Numbered from the stretch's first letter, positions 26,101-40,003 are shown. The stretch is DNA of 64,000 nucleotides from Camelus ferus (GCF_009834535.1 NC_045696.1:12030001-12094000); one strand, 5' to 3'. A program made the numbers and translations. Notes: generated by a model from the letters alone, not told the origin.

Positions 26101-29100
26101 CCTTTCTGAATCTGGTATAGCTTTTTATTAATTAATTGGATATCTTGCAAATGAGAAAATGCCTGATGACTCTAACAGTAACAACAAAAATAATATTACT
26201 GTGATATCAGCAGTTGTCTTTTACTGAATCCTTATTGTATACCACCATCTTGAAGGTGTTTTACAGTGAGAGTCCACTTAATTCTTACAGCAATCGTTTG
26301 GTTGGATGGTGTGTCCAAATTTTAACCAATTGATGTGGACTGTGATCCCTCTTGGTGAAGCTGAAGCTTACAAAGGCTAATATTTGAATGCCAGGTCACA
26401 CAGTTACTGAGTGTTGGGGTTGGATTCAAACCAAGCCTCTCTTTCTCTAAAGCCCCTTATTGTCTCAGTATATTATTTCTCCCATTACTATTACTGTTTA
26501 CCCTAAGAGGAACATGGGCAAGAGTCAGTGATTACAGTAAAAAGTGACTTTTTCTCATCCTTAGAATGAAGCCACTTGCTGGGAATATTTTGACATTGTA
26601 ACTTGAGTTTGGTCATTCTGGCCTCATTACACAGGTTAGATGATAATCTGATTGATTTCAGGACGTTCTTCCTTTTTACCTACATCTCTGATGTGAATTC
26701 CTTTTGAAAGGACTTTCCTGGCCGTAAAATTGCTAATAGACTCTGAATACCCAAGAGGTCACATTGAATAAAATTCTTTTGTGGCAACATAGGACCTTAT
26801 TCATGAAAACATCTGTGTCCTCTTGTTTTGGTGAAATTTTTATGCTCCTTACGTGGGACAGAGCACAAAATGAACCTTTTCAGAGGAAATTACTGCTCTT
26901 TGGGATCCACAAGGGCATTTTTCTACCTTCTACTTATTGTAATTCACATGACTCCGGAGGGGCTGAATTTGAAAGGAACCTGTGTGTGTCGGGGGTGAGG
27001 TTAAAGCGAGGGAGATCAAGCACAATTATGGAAATAATTTGTAGGTTATTCCAGCCCCAGGGCTCAGTTCAGTGCACGCAGTTTCCAGAGCCCGTGTGCT
27101 GCTGATCTGATGCTGTTATTCAGATTTGCCCATGGAACGGAGATTTGTGTTACCAGCAAAAGTAGAAAAGGGGTTTTGTGTGCAGGATGGGGGTGGAAAT
27201 AGGCATGAATGTTAGAGCAGCTTATATAGAAGAAGTGCTATGCTGCCTGCAAAGGGAGGCTATACCCCCTCCATTTAAACTATTTTAATGAGAGTTCTCC
27301 CTTCCAACTGGAAGCCAGAAATAGCACCTATCACCTACAAAGTACAATTTCCTCTTGGCCCTTTCTTCATCCATTACTGGAGGATGTTACATACAATTCC
27401 AAAAAGCTCAGTGACTTTCATGGTAACATATCCTAATACTAGTTTCGAACTCCTATATAAATGCCCTGGGAACATCATTAGCAGGCAGAGTAAGAACGAT
27501 GCCCGATTGGGTAGGAAATCACATGCAGTTGTATATCTAAGGAAGGGTAGCAAATATAATCTCTAAGGGATCATTGCCTTTCCAAGAAATTTTCTGATCG
27601 TTTAGAATGGCACTTGTGTGAGGGGCTAGCAGGCATATTTTTAAAAGACTCTTTCAAAAACAAAATAGTATTTCCACTTTTGTGTTGAATTAGGGATTAG
27701 ATGTGAGAATGCAAGTCAAGTGTCTGACGGACAGCAAATGCCCAATAAATGTTACAATAATCACTTTCATTGTAAAGAAAACGAGACAGTTCCTTGTGTT
27801 CCTCTCACGTAAGTATCTTTATGGAAGTCGCATGTGGATTCTCTGTGAAATGTCTAAGGCTTTGAGTTTTATCAGGCTCTGGAGTGTCATCTTGTCTGGT
27901 TCTGTGTGTCAGACTCCACGAAGGTCACTGGCACATGCCCTGGACAGAGGCAGCTGGCTTAGGAGAAAATCTGGAAATCACCTTTCACAAGGTGCATGAA
28001 GTGGACTCAGAAGAGAGGACTTTAGAGGGGATTTAGCATGTTGGACTCGAGATTAACATCCAGCCTCCCTCTCAAGGTGGGCACCGTCTCTGCAGACCCT
28101 TGACAGCCAGGAACCTGCCCACTTCCATCCATGGGACGCTCCCAGCTCTTGAACCATCTGCTTTGCTTGTTAGCTCCAAGTTCTAGAGAGTTCTTCAGCA
28201 TGCTGAGATACTAGATTCTTTCGGGTGACTTTTGCCATTTCCCTTTGTTTCCATATTCTCCCCCAGAGTTTCAGGTAAGCCTTTTCTGGTTTTTCGTTCT
28301 CATAACCTTCTAAATACTTGCAAACAGCTCTCATCGCCCTCCTGCCATGTCTCCTGTTGAGGTTTCCCTGAGACTTCGGAGCCAGGCTCGCTGTGACCCA
28401 CTTCCTCTGCCAGACATTCTGACGTTCTCCCGTTCTCCCCGGTAATCGTGTTCCAGAACCCGACACCCTGCCATCGTGAGGTCCGCTCTGTGCCACCTGC
28501 GTTTCAGTTCCTGCTCCTCTCACTTCCTCCACACTGCTGGTGCCAATTCCTTAATTCATCAGCAACCACAGCCGACTCTTGACTCATACCACGCTTCTGG
28601 GGTTTCAAACCGTCAGCGTCAGCTCTTACCCAGCGAGGCCTTCTCCATCTTATTAAAATAGGTTTTTCAAAAACTCCAAATGCAGAATTTAAATTTACCT
28701 CTTTGCAGTTTTAACTTTGTGGGTTTTGTCCTTCCAATGAACTAGTTGAAATCCAGGATCTTCCGTGGTGTTCATATCCCTCTTAACTTCATGGTACCTG
28801 CAGGTGTGAAGAACTGAATTGTTTGGTCTTTGTTTTTCTTTGTTGGTTCAAGTATTAACTTCGTCTCTAACCAAGTCCTTTCCCCATCATTGTAGATCAT
28901 TTCCCTGCCTCTAGCCAGCCGCTTTAGAAATATTTACCTTTGGTTTTGGCGTAGATTAGTTGCAAAGAAGGGTCACCTCTAGGATATGTGGAACCCCAGG
29001 CAAAAAATTTTAATCTATATAAAGAATTGGACTCAACTCAGATCAGCTTGTCAGCACCATTTGGAGGCTCAATGTCATGCAATCCAGTGAGAGAAATAGC

Positions 29101-29683
29101 AGGTGTGACCCACTAGCTGTAGACTCGTGTCCATGAGCTCCCTAGGGCATCCTATTGATGCCCCACTTGGGATAGAGAGTCATAGAGCTCCCTGAAGGGG
29201 AGAAAGTGAACGGGGTCCTTCCTGCACCCTGCCCTTTCCAGGCACCAGAGGGGACCTCTATGGATGCTGAAGTGCAAAATGAATACTCAGGGCTGGTCAT
29301 CAGTTTACAGTGTGTGCCCTACTATTAGTGTGTTCAGAGGTTTCTCCCTGTATGTTACAAGCACAGGGCAGAGGTAATTGTGGCTGAGCTAGATTTTAGC
29401 GTGTAATTTGTATGCTATTATGCATCGTCCAAATTATATGTTACAAACTGTATTCGTCTTCCTTTTCATATTTTAAATTTGTGTCAAGTCAATATAAGCA
29501 CCTAGTTTTAAAGAATTCAATTAACCTTAAACGACTTAAAGTGAAATTCTCTTCCCATCTTTCCGTACCCTCTCCTTCCAGCCTCACTCCCTGAGAAAAA
29601 ACTGTACTCAACTATTTTAGCTGTGTTTTTTGTTTGTTTTTTCTTCCATAACCCTCATTTCTCATTAATATGCTTATACTGTT

Positions 29684-30197
29684 TTTTAATTGACTTTATT
29701 TTTTTAACATTTTTTATTGATTTATAATCATTTTACAATATTGTGTCAAATTCCATTGTAGAGCACAATTTTTCAGTTATACATAAACATATATATATTC
29801 ATTGTCAACATTTTTTCTCTGTGAGCTACTGTAAGATCTTGTGTATATTTCCCTGTGCTATACAGTATACTCTTGTTTATCTGTTCTACAATTTTGAAAT
29901 CCCGTCTATCCCTTCCCACCCTCTACCCCCCTGACAACCACAAGTTTGTATTCTATGTCTGTGAGTCTATTTCTGTTTTGTATTTATGCTTTTTTTTTTT
30001 TTTTTTAGATTCCACATATGAGCGATCTCATATGGTATTTTTCTTTCTCTTTCTGGCTTACTTCACTTAGAATGACATTCTCCAGGAACATCCATGTTGC
30101 TGCAAATGGCGTTATGTTGTCGGTTTTTATGGCTGAGTAGTATTCCATTGTATAAATATACCACATCTTCTTTATCCAGTCATCCGTTGATGGACAT
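29684..30197 (-). mobile_element. Relatively young lineage-specific L1, 5'-truncated 3' end
   Basis: Well-preserved antisense 3'UTR (ttttttattgatttataatcattttacaatattgtgtcaaattcc...gttgctgcaaatggc...atggacatt) with poly-T at the left. Confidence 0.85.
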
Positions 30198-32949
30198 TAC
30201 TGATTTTCGGTTATGACAGATGAATACTTTAGCCTTATTGTATACCAGCTCTCCTTTCCTCATCTTCTGTATAGTTACGTGAAACTTTAGCACTAAATAA
30301 GTAGTCCCTGTTATGCTGTCATGGTGTTACCCTGCTGTATGTCCATTTAAATAGGATTGGTTGCTGAGCAGAGTAGTGTACTCTCATTTTATTTCCTTTC
30401 TGGAACAACTTCGTTCGTAGTTAATGAGTATCTTTAAAACTTTTTTTTTCTTGTTTGATTTGCTTATTTCTGGTTACTTCACAGTATTTTCTAAATCTCC
30501 AATTTATTAGGTAGTTGATCAGTAAGTACTGTTTTTCTCCCCTGGAGCCTGCCCTCCCCTGGGCCTTTATCCTCCTGCTCCAATCTTGTTTCTCTCTAGG
30601 CTTCGTGCAGAACAGACACCCTAGGTTATCCTTTTACCACCCAATTAGATTTCTGGATTGCAAGCAACCTTTTGCCTTAGTAGATACCTTCATTTTCATA
30701 AAAACAATTTATAGTAACTTCCTTCAAAATGATTCATATTTAAAAATATGAATTTTTTTACTTGAATAATATTTGAGTAATTTAGAATTTTGGTTTACTT
30801 GCTCACTTATTTTCTGATACCATTCTCATTTCAGATTTGTCATCTGTGCTTTTTTTTTTCTGTCTTTTGAAGCTTTAGGATCATTTCCTTATCTCTAGTT
30901 TTTGATTCCTAAAAGTTCTCTCTTTCTCTCTCTTTCTCTTGTTCTCTTTCTCCCTTATTCTCTTTCTCCTTTCCTTCCTCCTCCCTCCCTCCCTTCCATC
31001 CTTCCTTCCCCCTTCTCTCTCTTTCTCCCTCCTTTCTATCTTATTATTCCTTTTTTGTTGTAACCTGTGCATTTATTTGTTTGTTTGTTTACAGCCCTAG
31101 ATTCTCTTGTGTGTGAGTATATTGTAGATTTTCCTGGAAGTTTTTTGGACTCCACACATTGCTTCTCTTCTCTTCTGATGCACTTCCTTCCATGTGCTTT
31201 GGTCTCAGCCCTTCACGCTGGAGGCTCTCATCAAATGTCTGGTGATCCTTAGATGTCCTATCATGTTGAAGTACAAGATACCAAAGAAGTGCTTGGATAG
31301 CATCAGTGCACATTATCATCTACTGGTGGCTCCTGCAGCATAAACAGATGGGAAGGCCTTTTGCGAAGGGAATTCAGTTGACGATAATAGTTGGCCGGTT
31401 CTGGGGTCTACTCAGCTTTGCCAGGGAAGCTTCTGGCCATTGCCACTCACTGGGAAGTTTTCACTGTTCCCCTGTTTGCAGCATACAGTTCCTCCTTCTT
31501 TTGTGTCTGGCTTCCTGGAGTCAGGAGTCCCTCTTCTTCCCTAAAGAATTCACCTTGGATGGGTGAGAGGATGGGAAAGTGAGAGTGGGAGGGGTGCCCC
31601 GTTACGTGCCTTCCTCCAGTGGATGAGGGAGCCCCAGATTATAAATAAAGGGTAATATCTATAATTCTCTTTATAGGTATTAGCAGTGACAGTTTAATTA
31701 AGCCTTGTAAGAATAAAACTCTAAAATATGTTAAACAGAGAACCAGTGAGAAAAGATTTTTCAGGAATTCACACAGGAACTTCATTTCTAACTAGCCTCT
31801 TAAAAAATACATAACTCTATTTTCCTTTTCGTTCTTTTAAAATGGAAAAAAGAAGTGCACCCTACTTTGCAATTATTCTTGCACTTCCATAAACTCAAAT
31901 TATGTGAAATTTTAGTTTCCTAGATCTGGCCTATATTGTCTAGTTTTTTAAAATTGTTTAAAATGAATTTCCCTTTTCCTTCTGCTCATGTAAACCACTG
32001 ATTATCTGAAATGGCTGAGCATCCTCCCTTCAGCTGGATAATTGAAGCTGGATCTATTTCAATACATGGTGAAGCCCTGAGCTTCATCTTAACTCTGCAC
32101 TCCAAGGCGCTCTCGTGGAAAAGGCAGTTTTTGCTGATTACATTCCTCTGTTGGCAAGAACCCTGCTTATTCCCTTCACTGAACTTTATCCAGTATCTAA
32201 AGCATCCCCAGCAGGCAAAGGAAAAAGCACACCATTTACTCTCCCTACCTGTCAGCTGCCGTTTGTTTAATGGAAGGTGATGAAGGTTGAAGAAGTTGAG
32301 AGGGTACCACTGGGTGGTCTCTCCCTCCTACCTTTTTGACCACTGGATTCTGATGAAGAGCCCTTGAGTAGACCTGGTGTCCCTAATTAAACTTGCCTGG
32401 ATCAAGAAGGTGATGCCAGGTTAGCGGTTTTGAAAAGCTTTTTCTAGCATGTCAGGGTTTAAATCCTGGAGTGGCCACACTGGAAAACCTTGGATCAGGT
32501 TAGTGGTCTGCGGTGATCGGCTCTGAAGTGTTAAGCCTGTAAACGTATGTGAACTGTCTCAACAGTTTTCTCTGTTTAACTTGCTGTTGATACAGTCGGC
32601 ACGGTCTCTGTCCACCCCTCTCATCCACATGTAGCCCTGGGTATGCCACTGCCAAAGGACAAACTCTGCTGAAATTTAGTGCATTTAGTGTATTGTGCTT
32701 CTTAGAAATTGATTTGTCTTAATGATAGAGAATGGCAGAGACCACTGTTTTATTTAGACAGGACAGCAGGAGCGAAAATTCCCTCTAATGGAACTGCCTT
32801 CAGTCTCTGACAGGTTTGAAAAGAGTTTGGAGGCTTGAGTGTACTGAATGGTTGAAAGGGCTGATGGCTAAATATTTCATAAAGCTGCAATCACACTTTT
32901 CTAAACATCTTTCTCTAGATTATAGGGCTTGGCATGTCCCCCCCCCCTT

Positions 32950-33190
32950 TTTAATTTTGTCTTATTTAAAAATTTTAAAGTTGTGATAAAATATACAGAA
33001 CATACCAACTTAACTGTTTTTAAGTGCAGAGTTCAGTGGCTTTAAGTACATTCACAATGTTGTACAGCTGTCATCACCATCCATCACCAGAAATCTTTTC
33101 ATCTTGCAGAACTTGAGACTCTGCACCCACTGAACCCTAACTCCCCATTCTCCCCTTTCCCCAGCCTCTGGCAACCACCATCTTCCTTTC
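32950..33190 (-). mobile_element. L1MB-like 3' end fragment
   Basis: aagtgcagagttcagtggctttaagtacattcacaatgttgtacag...ctggcaaccaccatc. Confidence 0.75.
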
Positions 33191-33546
33191 TTTTAAATAA
33201 ATAAATTCTAGGATAGCTATTTTGTTAGGATTACATATATACCTTTGAAAGGATGTTTAGCTTCCACAACTGGTATATGTCTGTCATTTCTACCCCTTAA
33301 CTGGGAGGCAAACATAAACTCTCTGACATCAAAATGGAGTGTGTTGCCCTTGACTGGAGAGTTTGATGGAGACCTTCCCAGGTGGAAGGAAGGAGGGGCT
33401 CTCTTTTCATTAAGTGAAGAGAGCAAAAGGCCCTTGTTCTCCAGAACCTGTCAGACTGTGGCTCCTCTTGGAGGTTAACAGTGTAACATACAGAGTTTTA
33501 TTTAAAAAGCATCAGTTATTTTGAAATGAAATTCTTATTTTGCTAA

Positions 33547-33900
33547 TGTATCAGTCAGGTTGGGTTAGGTTATGCTGCAGTAAGGAGCAACCCTCACATC
33601 TCCTTGGCTTAAACCTACCTCTTCATTCCTGCCATATGTCTGATGAATGTTGGCTGTGAAGCTGATCTCATCCTGGACACTTAGGGACCACGAAGGCTGA
33701 CAGAAGCTCTATCTTGCCATGTGCTTTCACAGGACAAGAATAGGAGGAGTCAGGCTCTTGTTTAGTGACACGTGTCACTTCTACTCGAATTCATTGGCTA
33801 CAGCCAAGTGACATGGCCATGTCTAACTTCAGAGGGATCAGGAAAATTCCATCCTCCTGTGTCCCTAACGAGAGCTTAAAATGAGTACACAACACTAAAG
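33547..33900. mobile_element. Old MaLR LTR (MLT1J/K-like)
   Basis: tgtatcagtcaggttgggttaggttatgctgcagtaa...cattggctacagccaagtgacatggcc. Confidence 0.65.
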
Positions 33901-35070
33901 AACCCACAGCTAGACTTTTAGAGCAGTTGACGAAGACTGGGGATTTAGGAGCATAGCATATTACAAAATTTCTTTGAAAAGTGTAGGATTGGTGGAGATT
34001 GGAGTTTGTAATAAATTATCTTGTAATCCCTTATTTTACTGGGCTTTAGTTTCTTCATCTGTGAAATGGTCACCTGGACCCCCCTCTCAATGAGTATATT
34101 TATTTAAAATGTGAAATTTGTAGCTTGTACTTGGCAGAGTTTGTATTAAGAGTTTAAGCTCTTTCTGTTCCTCAGATGTTATGTCAGGGTGGTAGGTGTT
34201 TCCTTTTCCCCCTCGGGGTTGGGGGGTGAGGAGTGGAGGCAGAGATGAGTGAGGATCCTCTTGGGGAGTAGATACTGACCTCCCGCTGAGCGTTGACACA
34301 CCAGCTGTTTATACGGGAGACATATCCTCTCTTCAGTGACACATGCTACCTCTGCATGGATTTCATCCAAAACATTCCCACGGGGTGAAACACCAGCTCC
34401 CCTCCATCTAAAAGCTCCTTGTTTCCACTGAGTTGTATACAAAGGGGAAAGCATATTTTGGCTTGAGGGACTAGCTGTTTATCAGATGCTGCCAGGCTCT
34501 TTGGAGGACAACGGAGTGATGCTGAGAACGCCCTGCTGTTGGGAACTTCCATTACAGCCTTCCAGGGACATGGAAAATAGACTCTGAAGTATAATATTTT
34601 TAGGATAGTTATAGAAAAATTATACTTGAATATTATGTAATATATCAAGGATCTTTTAAAAACTTTCTATTAAAGTATAAAATATGTGCACAAAAAGTAT
34701 GCGTTTTGATGGTGTTTCACAGACTGGGCACCCCACCTGTTATACACTCATATAGCCAGCACCCAGATCAAGACGCAGGACATGGCCAGCAACCCAGAGA
34801 CACCCCTGTGCTTCCTTCCAGATGCTACCCCCCGACCCCGTTCCCACCAAACAGCTCTTCTGACTTCTAACAGTGCACATGCGTTTTGCCTGTGTTTGTA
34901 CTTTACATAAATAGAGCCCTGTAGTCTATTCTCTTGGGTGTCTGGCTTCTTGTCCGCCATGTTATGTGTGTGAGATTGAGCCATCTTACAATGTATAGTA
35001 ACCGGTCTTTCGTTCTCCTAGATGTGTAGTATTTCACTGTGTGATTATACACTTTATATTCTTCCATTCT

Positions 35071-35185
35071 TTTTTTTTCCCCTAGTTTTTTTTTTTTTTT
35101 TTTTAATGGAGGTACAGGAGATTGAACCCAGGACCTCGTGCATGCTAAGCACACACTATACCAATGAGCTATTCGCACCCTCCAC
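35071..35185 (-). mobile_element. tRNA-derived camelid-type SINE inserted in an old L1 fragment
   Basis: gattgaacccaggacctcgtgcatgctaagc core with poly-T on the left. Degenerate TSD attc(t/a)tccattct on both sides. Confidence 0.85.
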
Positions 35186-36976
35186 CATTCATCCATTCTA
35201 CTGTTGACAGGTATTGGGATAGTTTCTAGCTTTGTCCATTACAAACTATTCTGCTGTGAACTTCGGGGTACATATATTTTGGTGAGTATTTTGGTGAGCA
35301 TAGGAATGCATTTCTGCTGGGTATATACCCATGAGTGCATTTTGGGCATCATAAGGTGTGTATATGTTCAACTTTAGTAGGAATTACCAAATACCTTTCC
35401 AAGGGAGCTATACCAGGGTACTCTCTGGCAGCACTCAAGAATTCTGGTTGCTCCATGTCTTCACCAACATAGGGTGTTTTTTTTCTAAGAAGTTTTTCTC
35501 TTAGGAAAGAATTCTTACTTGGTTGTTTTCCCATCTGAGCTGATTCCTTCTCTAATAAATAAAAAAAGAAGGAAAAAACAACCCACCTAGCAAAATATGC
35601 ATGGAGGTTGAAGCACCAGGAGACCCTACCAGCAAACATTTTGGTTGTACTAGGCAGGAATAAGCATGGTGGTTTTCTATGTGGGAGAATCTTAAACTCT
35701 GTGTTTTTCTTTAAAGTGATAATATAAAGGCAAAATGTAAGGCAATCACTTTCCAAGAGGAGTTTAAATATTAAACATTTTACGCTGAATCTTTAACTCT
35801 TAAAGGATGGGTTGGGGGTGGGTGAAATAGAGTAAGATGGTCAGGGATACAGGCTTCCAGCTATAAGATGATTAAGTCCTAGGTACATAATGAAAAAGAA
35901 AAAAAGAGAGAATCCTCATATACAGACATGTGCATTTTTTTCCTAAATTTCTCTACCTTTGACTTCCAGTGTCTTTATCTCTTCTTCTTTTTCCACTCAG
36001 TCCTCACAGAATGATTCCATTTGTTTTATTGGGTGCTACTTCTACTGTTTCTTTATGAGAATTTCTAGCTTATTGAAAAGTCTTCTTTAGACACAGGCAA
36101 ATACTTCATTGTAAATCTAACAACTGCCGGATTGTCTAGGTGTGTCTGCTGGCAGACACCATTTGTAATATTTGATGCAGTTTCCTTTGTGGAACACAAA
36201 ACTGATGAGATTCAGAAATAGTATAGACACCTGCGGTGGTGCCTTGACTTAAATGTCAGTTATGACCTGTTTGTAGAATTTTGTTTGCAAGTCATCGTTC
36301 AAATGAGTCTGGAAACTTAAGAGGATGCATCAGAGGGAAAAGAATACACCAGTGTTTTGTGTATGAAAAGTGATGTTGTCAGCTACTTTAATATTGAGGT
36401 TGCCAAATAGACCCTTTGTTCCGTGGAGCTAACTTCTGAGTGTTTATTAAACTTCTCTGGGCTTAAGGGGATAGTCATTGATTGAGTTCCTAAAGAATTA
36501 GTCATAGCACATTGTTACACATGAGCTGTCTCCTCAAACTGTTTCTCCACCTTCCATGTTCAGAGCACCCGGAGTCACAGCAAGCTCACTTTGAAGTCAC
36601 CTGCCCATTGGCGGTGTCGTCCAACATTGTGTTCACACCCCCTCTGACTTGGTCATTCTTAGTGGCTGGAGTGCTGCTGGGTGATCGCTGTTTCTAGATG
36701 CTTCCCTGTGTCCCCTGGGGCAGTGCTGCTTCTGGCTGCCTTGAACCACTTTCCCAGCCCTCATGGTGTCACGGCTGCTTGTCTTTGGCGCGGGCCCTGA
36801 GGATGGAGGTCACTGCAGCTCACGGGGGCAGGGTTGTTGCATCTTCTTTGGCCAGTAATATCCCTCGGCCTCATTCCCCCCTTGGAACTGACCAGAACTT
36901 TCTGAAAACTGGCCTTTGCTTCACAGCAACCCTCTTAACTAGAAACTAAGCTCTATAGGATTATCACATACATGAG

Positions 36977-37404
36977 TGTTTTAGTTCGGGCTGCTGTAAC
37001 GAACTACCATAGACCGGGTGGCTTTTAAACATTCTGGAGATTGGAAGTCTCAGATCAGGGTGGGAGCATGGTTGGGTTTTGGTTGTCTGTCTCCTTGCTG
37101 TGTCCTCACATGGCAGAAGGGAGCCCCCGGGGCCTCCTCGTCCCCTTACACATCCCTCGGTGAATCCTTGGTGATGATTTTGGCAACTTCAGAACTTTGG
37201 GAATAAATGGCAATTCTCATGGTCCAAAAAAAAAAAAAAAAGCTTGTTGACCTCTTTTTATAAGGGCACTAATCCCCTGTATAAAGGCTCCACCCTCATG
37301 ACCTAATTACCTCCCCAAACCCATCTCCTAATACCATCACACTGGGGGTTAGGTTTCCAACATTTGAATTTGGGGGGAACACAGACATTGGGTCCATTGC
37401 AACA
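36977..37404. mobile_element. MaLR solo LTR (MLT1A-like) interrupted by a roughly 100-nt poly-A-tailed insert
   Basis: tgttttagttcgggctgctgtaac...ttataagggcactaatccc...ccaccctcatgacctaattacctccc...aataccatcacactggggg. Confidence 0.85.
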
Positions 37405-37672
37405 AGTGAGTTCAATAAGTACACTGGGTTAGCAGACATGGCGGCTTCATTTCCGACAGCCCTTGTGGGCTGGAGGTTGGGTGGTGTCTGACCTAAGACT
37501 AACTTATTTTATCTGTTCTCTGAAGGAGGAGGTCAGAAAGGTTAGCCTGCCCCATGGGGTATCTAGACCTGCCTCCTTGACTCTCGGCCATTGCTTGTCT
37601 GGAAATGCACTGGTTCATCTCCTAAGAAGTGCCTGTGTCTTCTTCGCCCCAACTCCCTGCTCCCCCTGACAG

Positions 37673-37897
37673 ACCACCAGCCAGACGGAGCTGGAGAACT
37701 GGATCACCGCCATCCACTCTGCCTGTGCAGCCGCTGTCGCAAGACACCACCACAAAGAAGACACGCTCCGACTCCTGAAGTCAGAAATCAAAAAACTGGA
37801 ACAAAAGATTGACATGGATGAAAAGATGAAGAAAATGGGTGAGATGCAGCTGTCTTCAGTCACCGATTCAAAGAAGAAGAAAACTATTTTAGATCAG
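37673..37897 (+). CDS. TIAM1: TIAM1 coding exon 4 (225 nt): end of PHn and coiled coil TTSQTELENWITAIHSAC...KKKKTILDQ
   Basis: Acceptor tgacag|ACC, donor CAG|gtaatt, 75 open codons. Read manually because the ORF track does not report this frame. Confidence 0.97.
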
Positions 37898-38579
37898 GTA
37901 ATTGTTCTTCTGTGTTGAGATGTGGGCAAAATCCTTAGGTCTTATTTAAAGTTTTTCTGCTGCCTCGGAATCGAGAAACGTCGGTTATCTTGTTGTCAGC
38001 TGTCATCCAGGCTGCTAAAATCTTTATTGTGACTGTCAGTTTTCCTCACCCATTGTTCACAGTTGATTGTTTTGAGCTAAAGGGAACAATATTACACTGA
38101 ATGAAAGATGGAAATCTAATAGAGGTGGCCCTCGCTCCCACCAATGGCACGTTATTCTTGGGGGATCTGTGTAATTGGAAACTCTGCAGTTTCATCCCCC
38201 ACGTTACCAGGTTGACTTGGTGCTCAGCTATGGTGGGGATTCATTTCTGACTCCTCAATACATTTAGACTTCTAAATTTAGAAAAGGAGGAGAGTGTTTT
38301 AAGAAATACATGTGTAATTTCTGTATATGAGCATAAGTATATTTCATGCTAAAAAGGAAGGATTTACTGAGATAACAGAGGACATTTTTGCCTTCTATTT
38401 AATTGTTTTAAAGTCAGTGATAGCTATCTAGTACCGCTTTGAAACTTTGCCTAATATGAAGGAAATCGTTATGTGAGTAAATGCTATTTAAATAATCAAA
38501 CAGTTGATGACATGGACCAGCATGTGATCTTCCATATTTCTCTCTGTCTATTCTTTCCGTCTATTACCTGGTACTGTAT

Positions 38580-39045
38580 TTTTGTTTTTTTTTTAACAGA
38601 GGTGAAATTCACATAACGCAAATCTAACCATTTTAAAGTGTATATAATTCAGTGATAATTAGTGCATTCAGAGTGTTGAGTAACCACAACCTCTGTCTAG
38701 TTCCAAAACACTGTCATTCGCCTCAAAAGGAAACCCCGTACCTGTTGAACAGCTGCTCCCCTCTGCCCCTGGTGTTCCGTCTCTGTGGATTTACCAGTTA
38801 CGGATGCTTCATACAGATGGGATTGCCCAATATGTGACCTTTTGTGTCTGACCTCTTTCAGTTGGCATAATGTTTTGAAGATTGATCCACATTGTAGCGT
38901 ATGTACTTCATTCCCTTTATGGCTGAATGTTATTCTGTGGTGTGTATACACCCCAGGCTGTTTATCCCCCATCCATCCGCTGGTAGACATTTGGGCTGTT
39001 TCCATTTGGCTCTTGTGAATAGTGCTGTGCATAGGTGTGTACACT
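38580..39045 (-). mobile_element. L1MB-like 3' end fragment
   Basis: gaggtgaaattcacataac...ttttaaagtgtat...tttatggctgaat...gacatttgggctgtttcca. Confidence 0.8.
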
Positions 39046-39816
39046 AGCACTGTATTTTAAGTTGAAGTGAGAAGGTAGATAACCAACCATTAATCAATGT
39101 CCACAGCACAGCTAACATCTCTGAGCCTTCACTACATGCCAGGCCCTGTACCAAGTCTTATTCTTGCATTATCTTGTTCAACTGTCATATCAGCCTCAGG
39201 AGATGGGTATTGTTTTGCCTCTTTGAAAACTGTGGAACTATCTCAGAGGTATCCTCTGGTTGGAACTGTGTATTCCAGAGTCTGGCTCTCCTCCATCTAA
39301 GTGTTTTCCACTTCCCACCCCGTACGTGCTTCCACCCACCTCCTCCCCAAAGCTCTTGGCTTATTTTCCTCTGATTTTTAAGTCACTTTTCTTCTTCTCT
39401 GCCTTCCTATGAAAAGCTTCTTCCTGGTAAGTCATATAATTTTCCAGTGCTGGATAGCCTCCATTTTTCACTTCTTCTGCCATGGCTCTGTGGTCCAGAC
39501 CCCATAGCTGGTGGCCCTGTCATGCCCACAAACATGAAATCCATCATATGGAGACACAGAGCAATGAAGGATATCCTTTCTATTTCTCATACCGAATGTA
39601 TGACTATAGATCTCTGCAGAAAAACATGTAAACTATGGAAACAGTAAGACTTAACCTGCTGTTACCTAAGAAACTCAGGGTCCCTGTTGTTTACCCCTTA
39701 GGATTAAAATGAATACCTTTACAACACATAGATTTGTAACATTTGTGTAGGATGAAGTTCTTAACGTTTGTCTTCTCTTTCCTCCCCTTTCTTTTCCCAT
39801 ATTTTCACCCCTGTAG

Positions 39817-40003
39817 ATCTTCGTTTGGGAGCAAAACCTGGAACAGTTCCAAATGGACCTATTTCGTTACCGCTGCTATTTAGCTAGTCTCCAGGGTGGG
39901 GAGCTGCCGAACCCTAAAGAGGCTACTTGCTTTTGCAAGTCGGCCAACGAAAGTGGCAATGGGCCGCCTTGGAATCTTTTCTGTGTCATCTTTTCATGCC
40001 CTG
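39817..40003 (+). CDS. TIAM1: TIAM1 coding exon 5 (CC-Ex region, [34 protein letters not shown] / [28 protein letters not shown]), carrying a +1 frameshift at 39916-39919
   Basis: Acceptor ctgtag|ATC, donor CTG|gtgagt. Length is 187 nt, and the conserved peptide is split across two frames at cct-aaa-g-agg. Confidence 0.95.
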
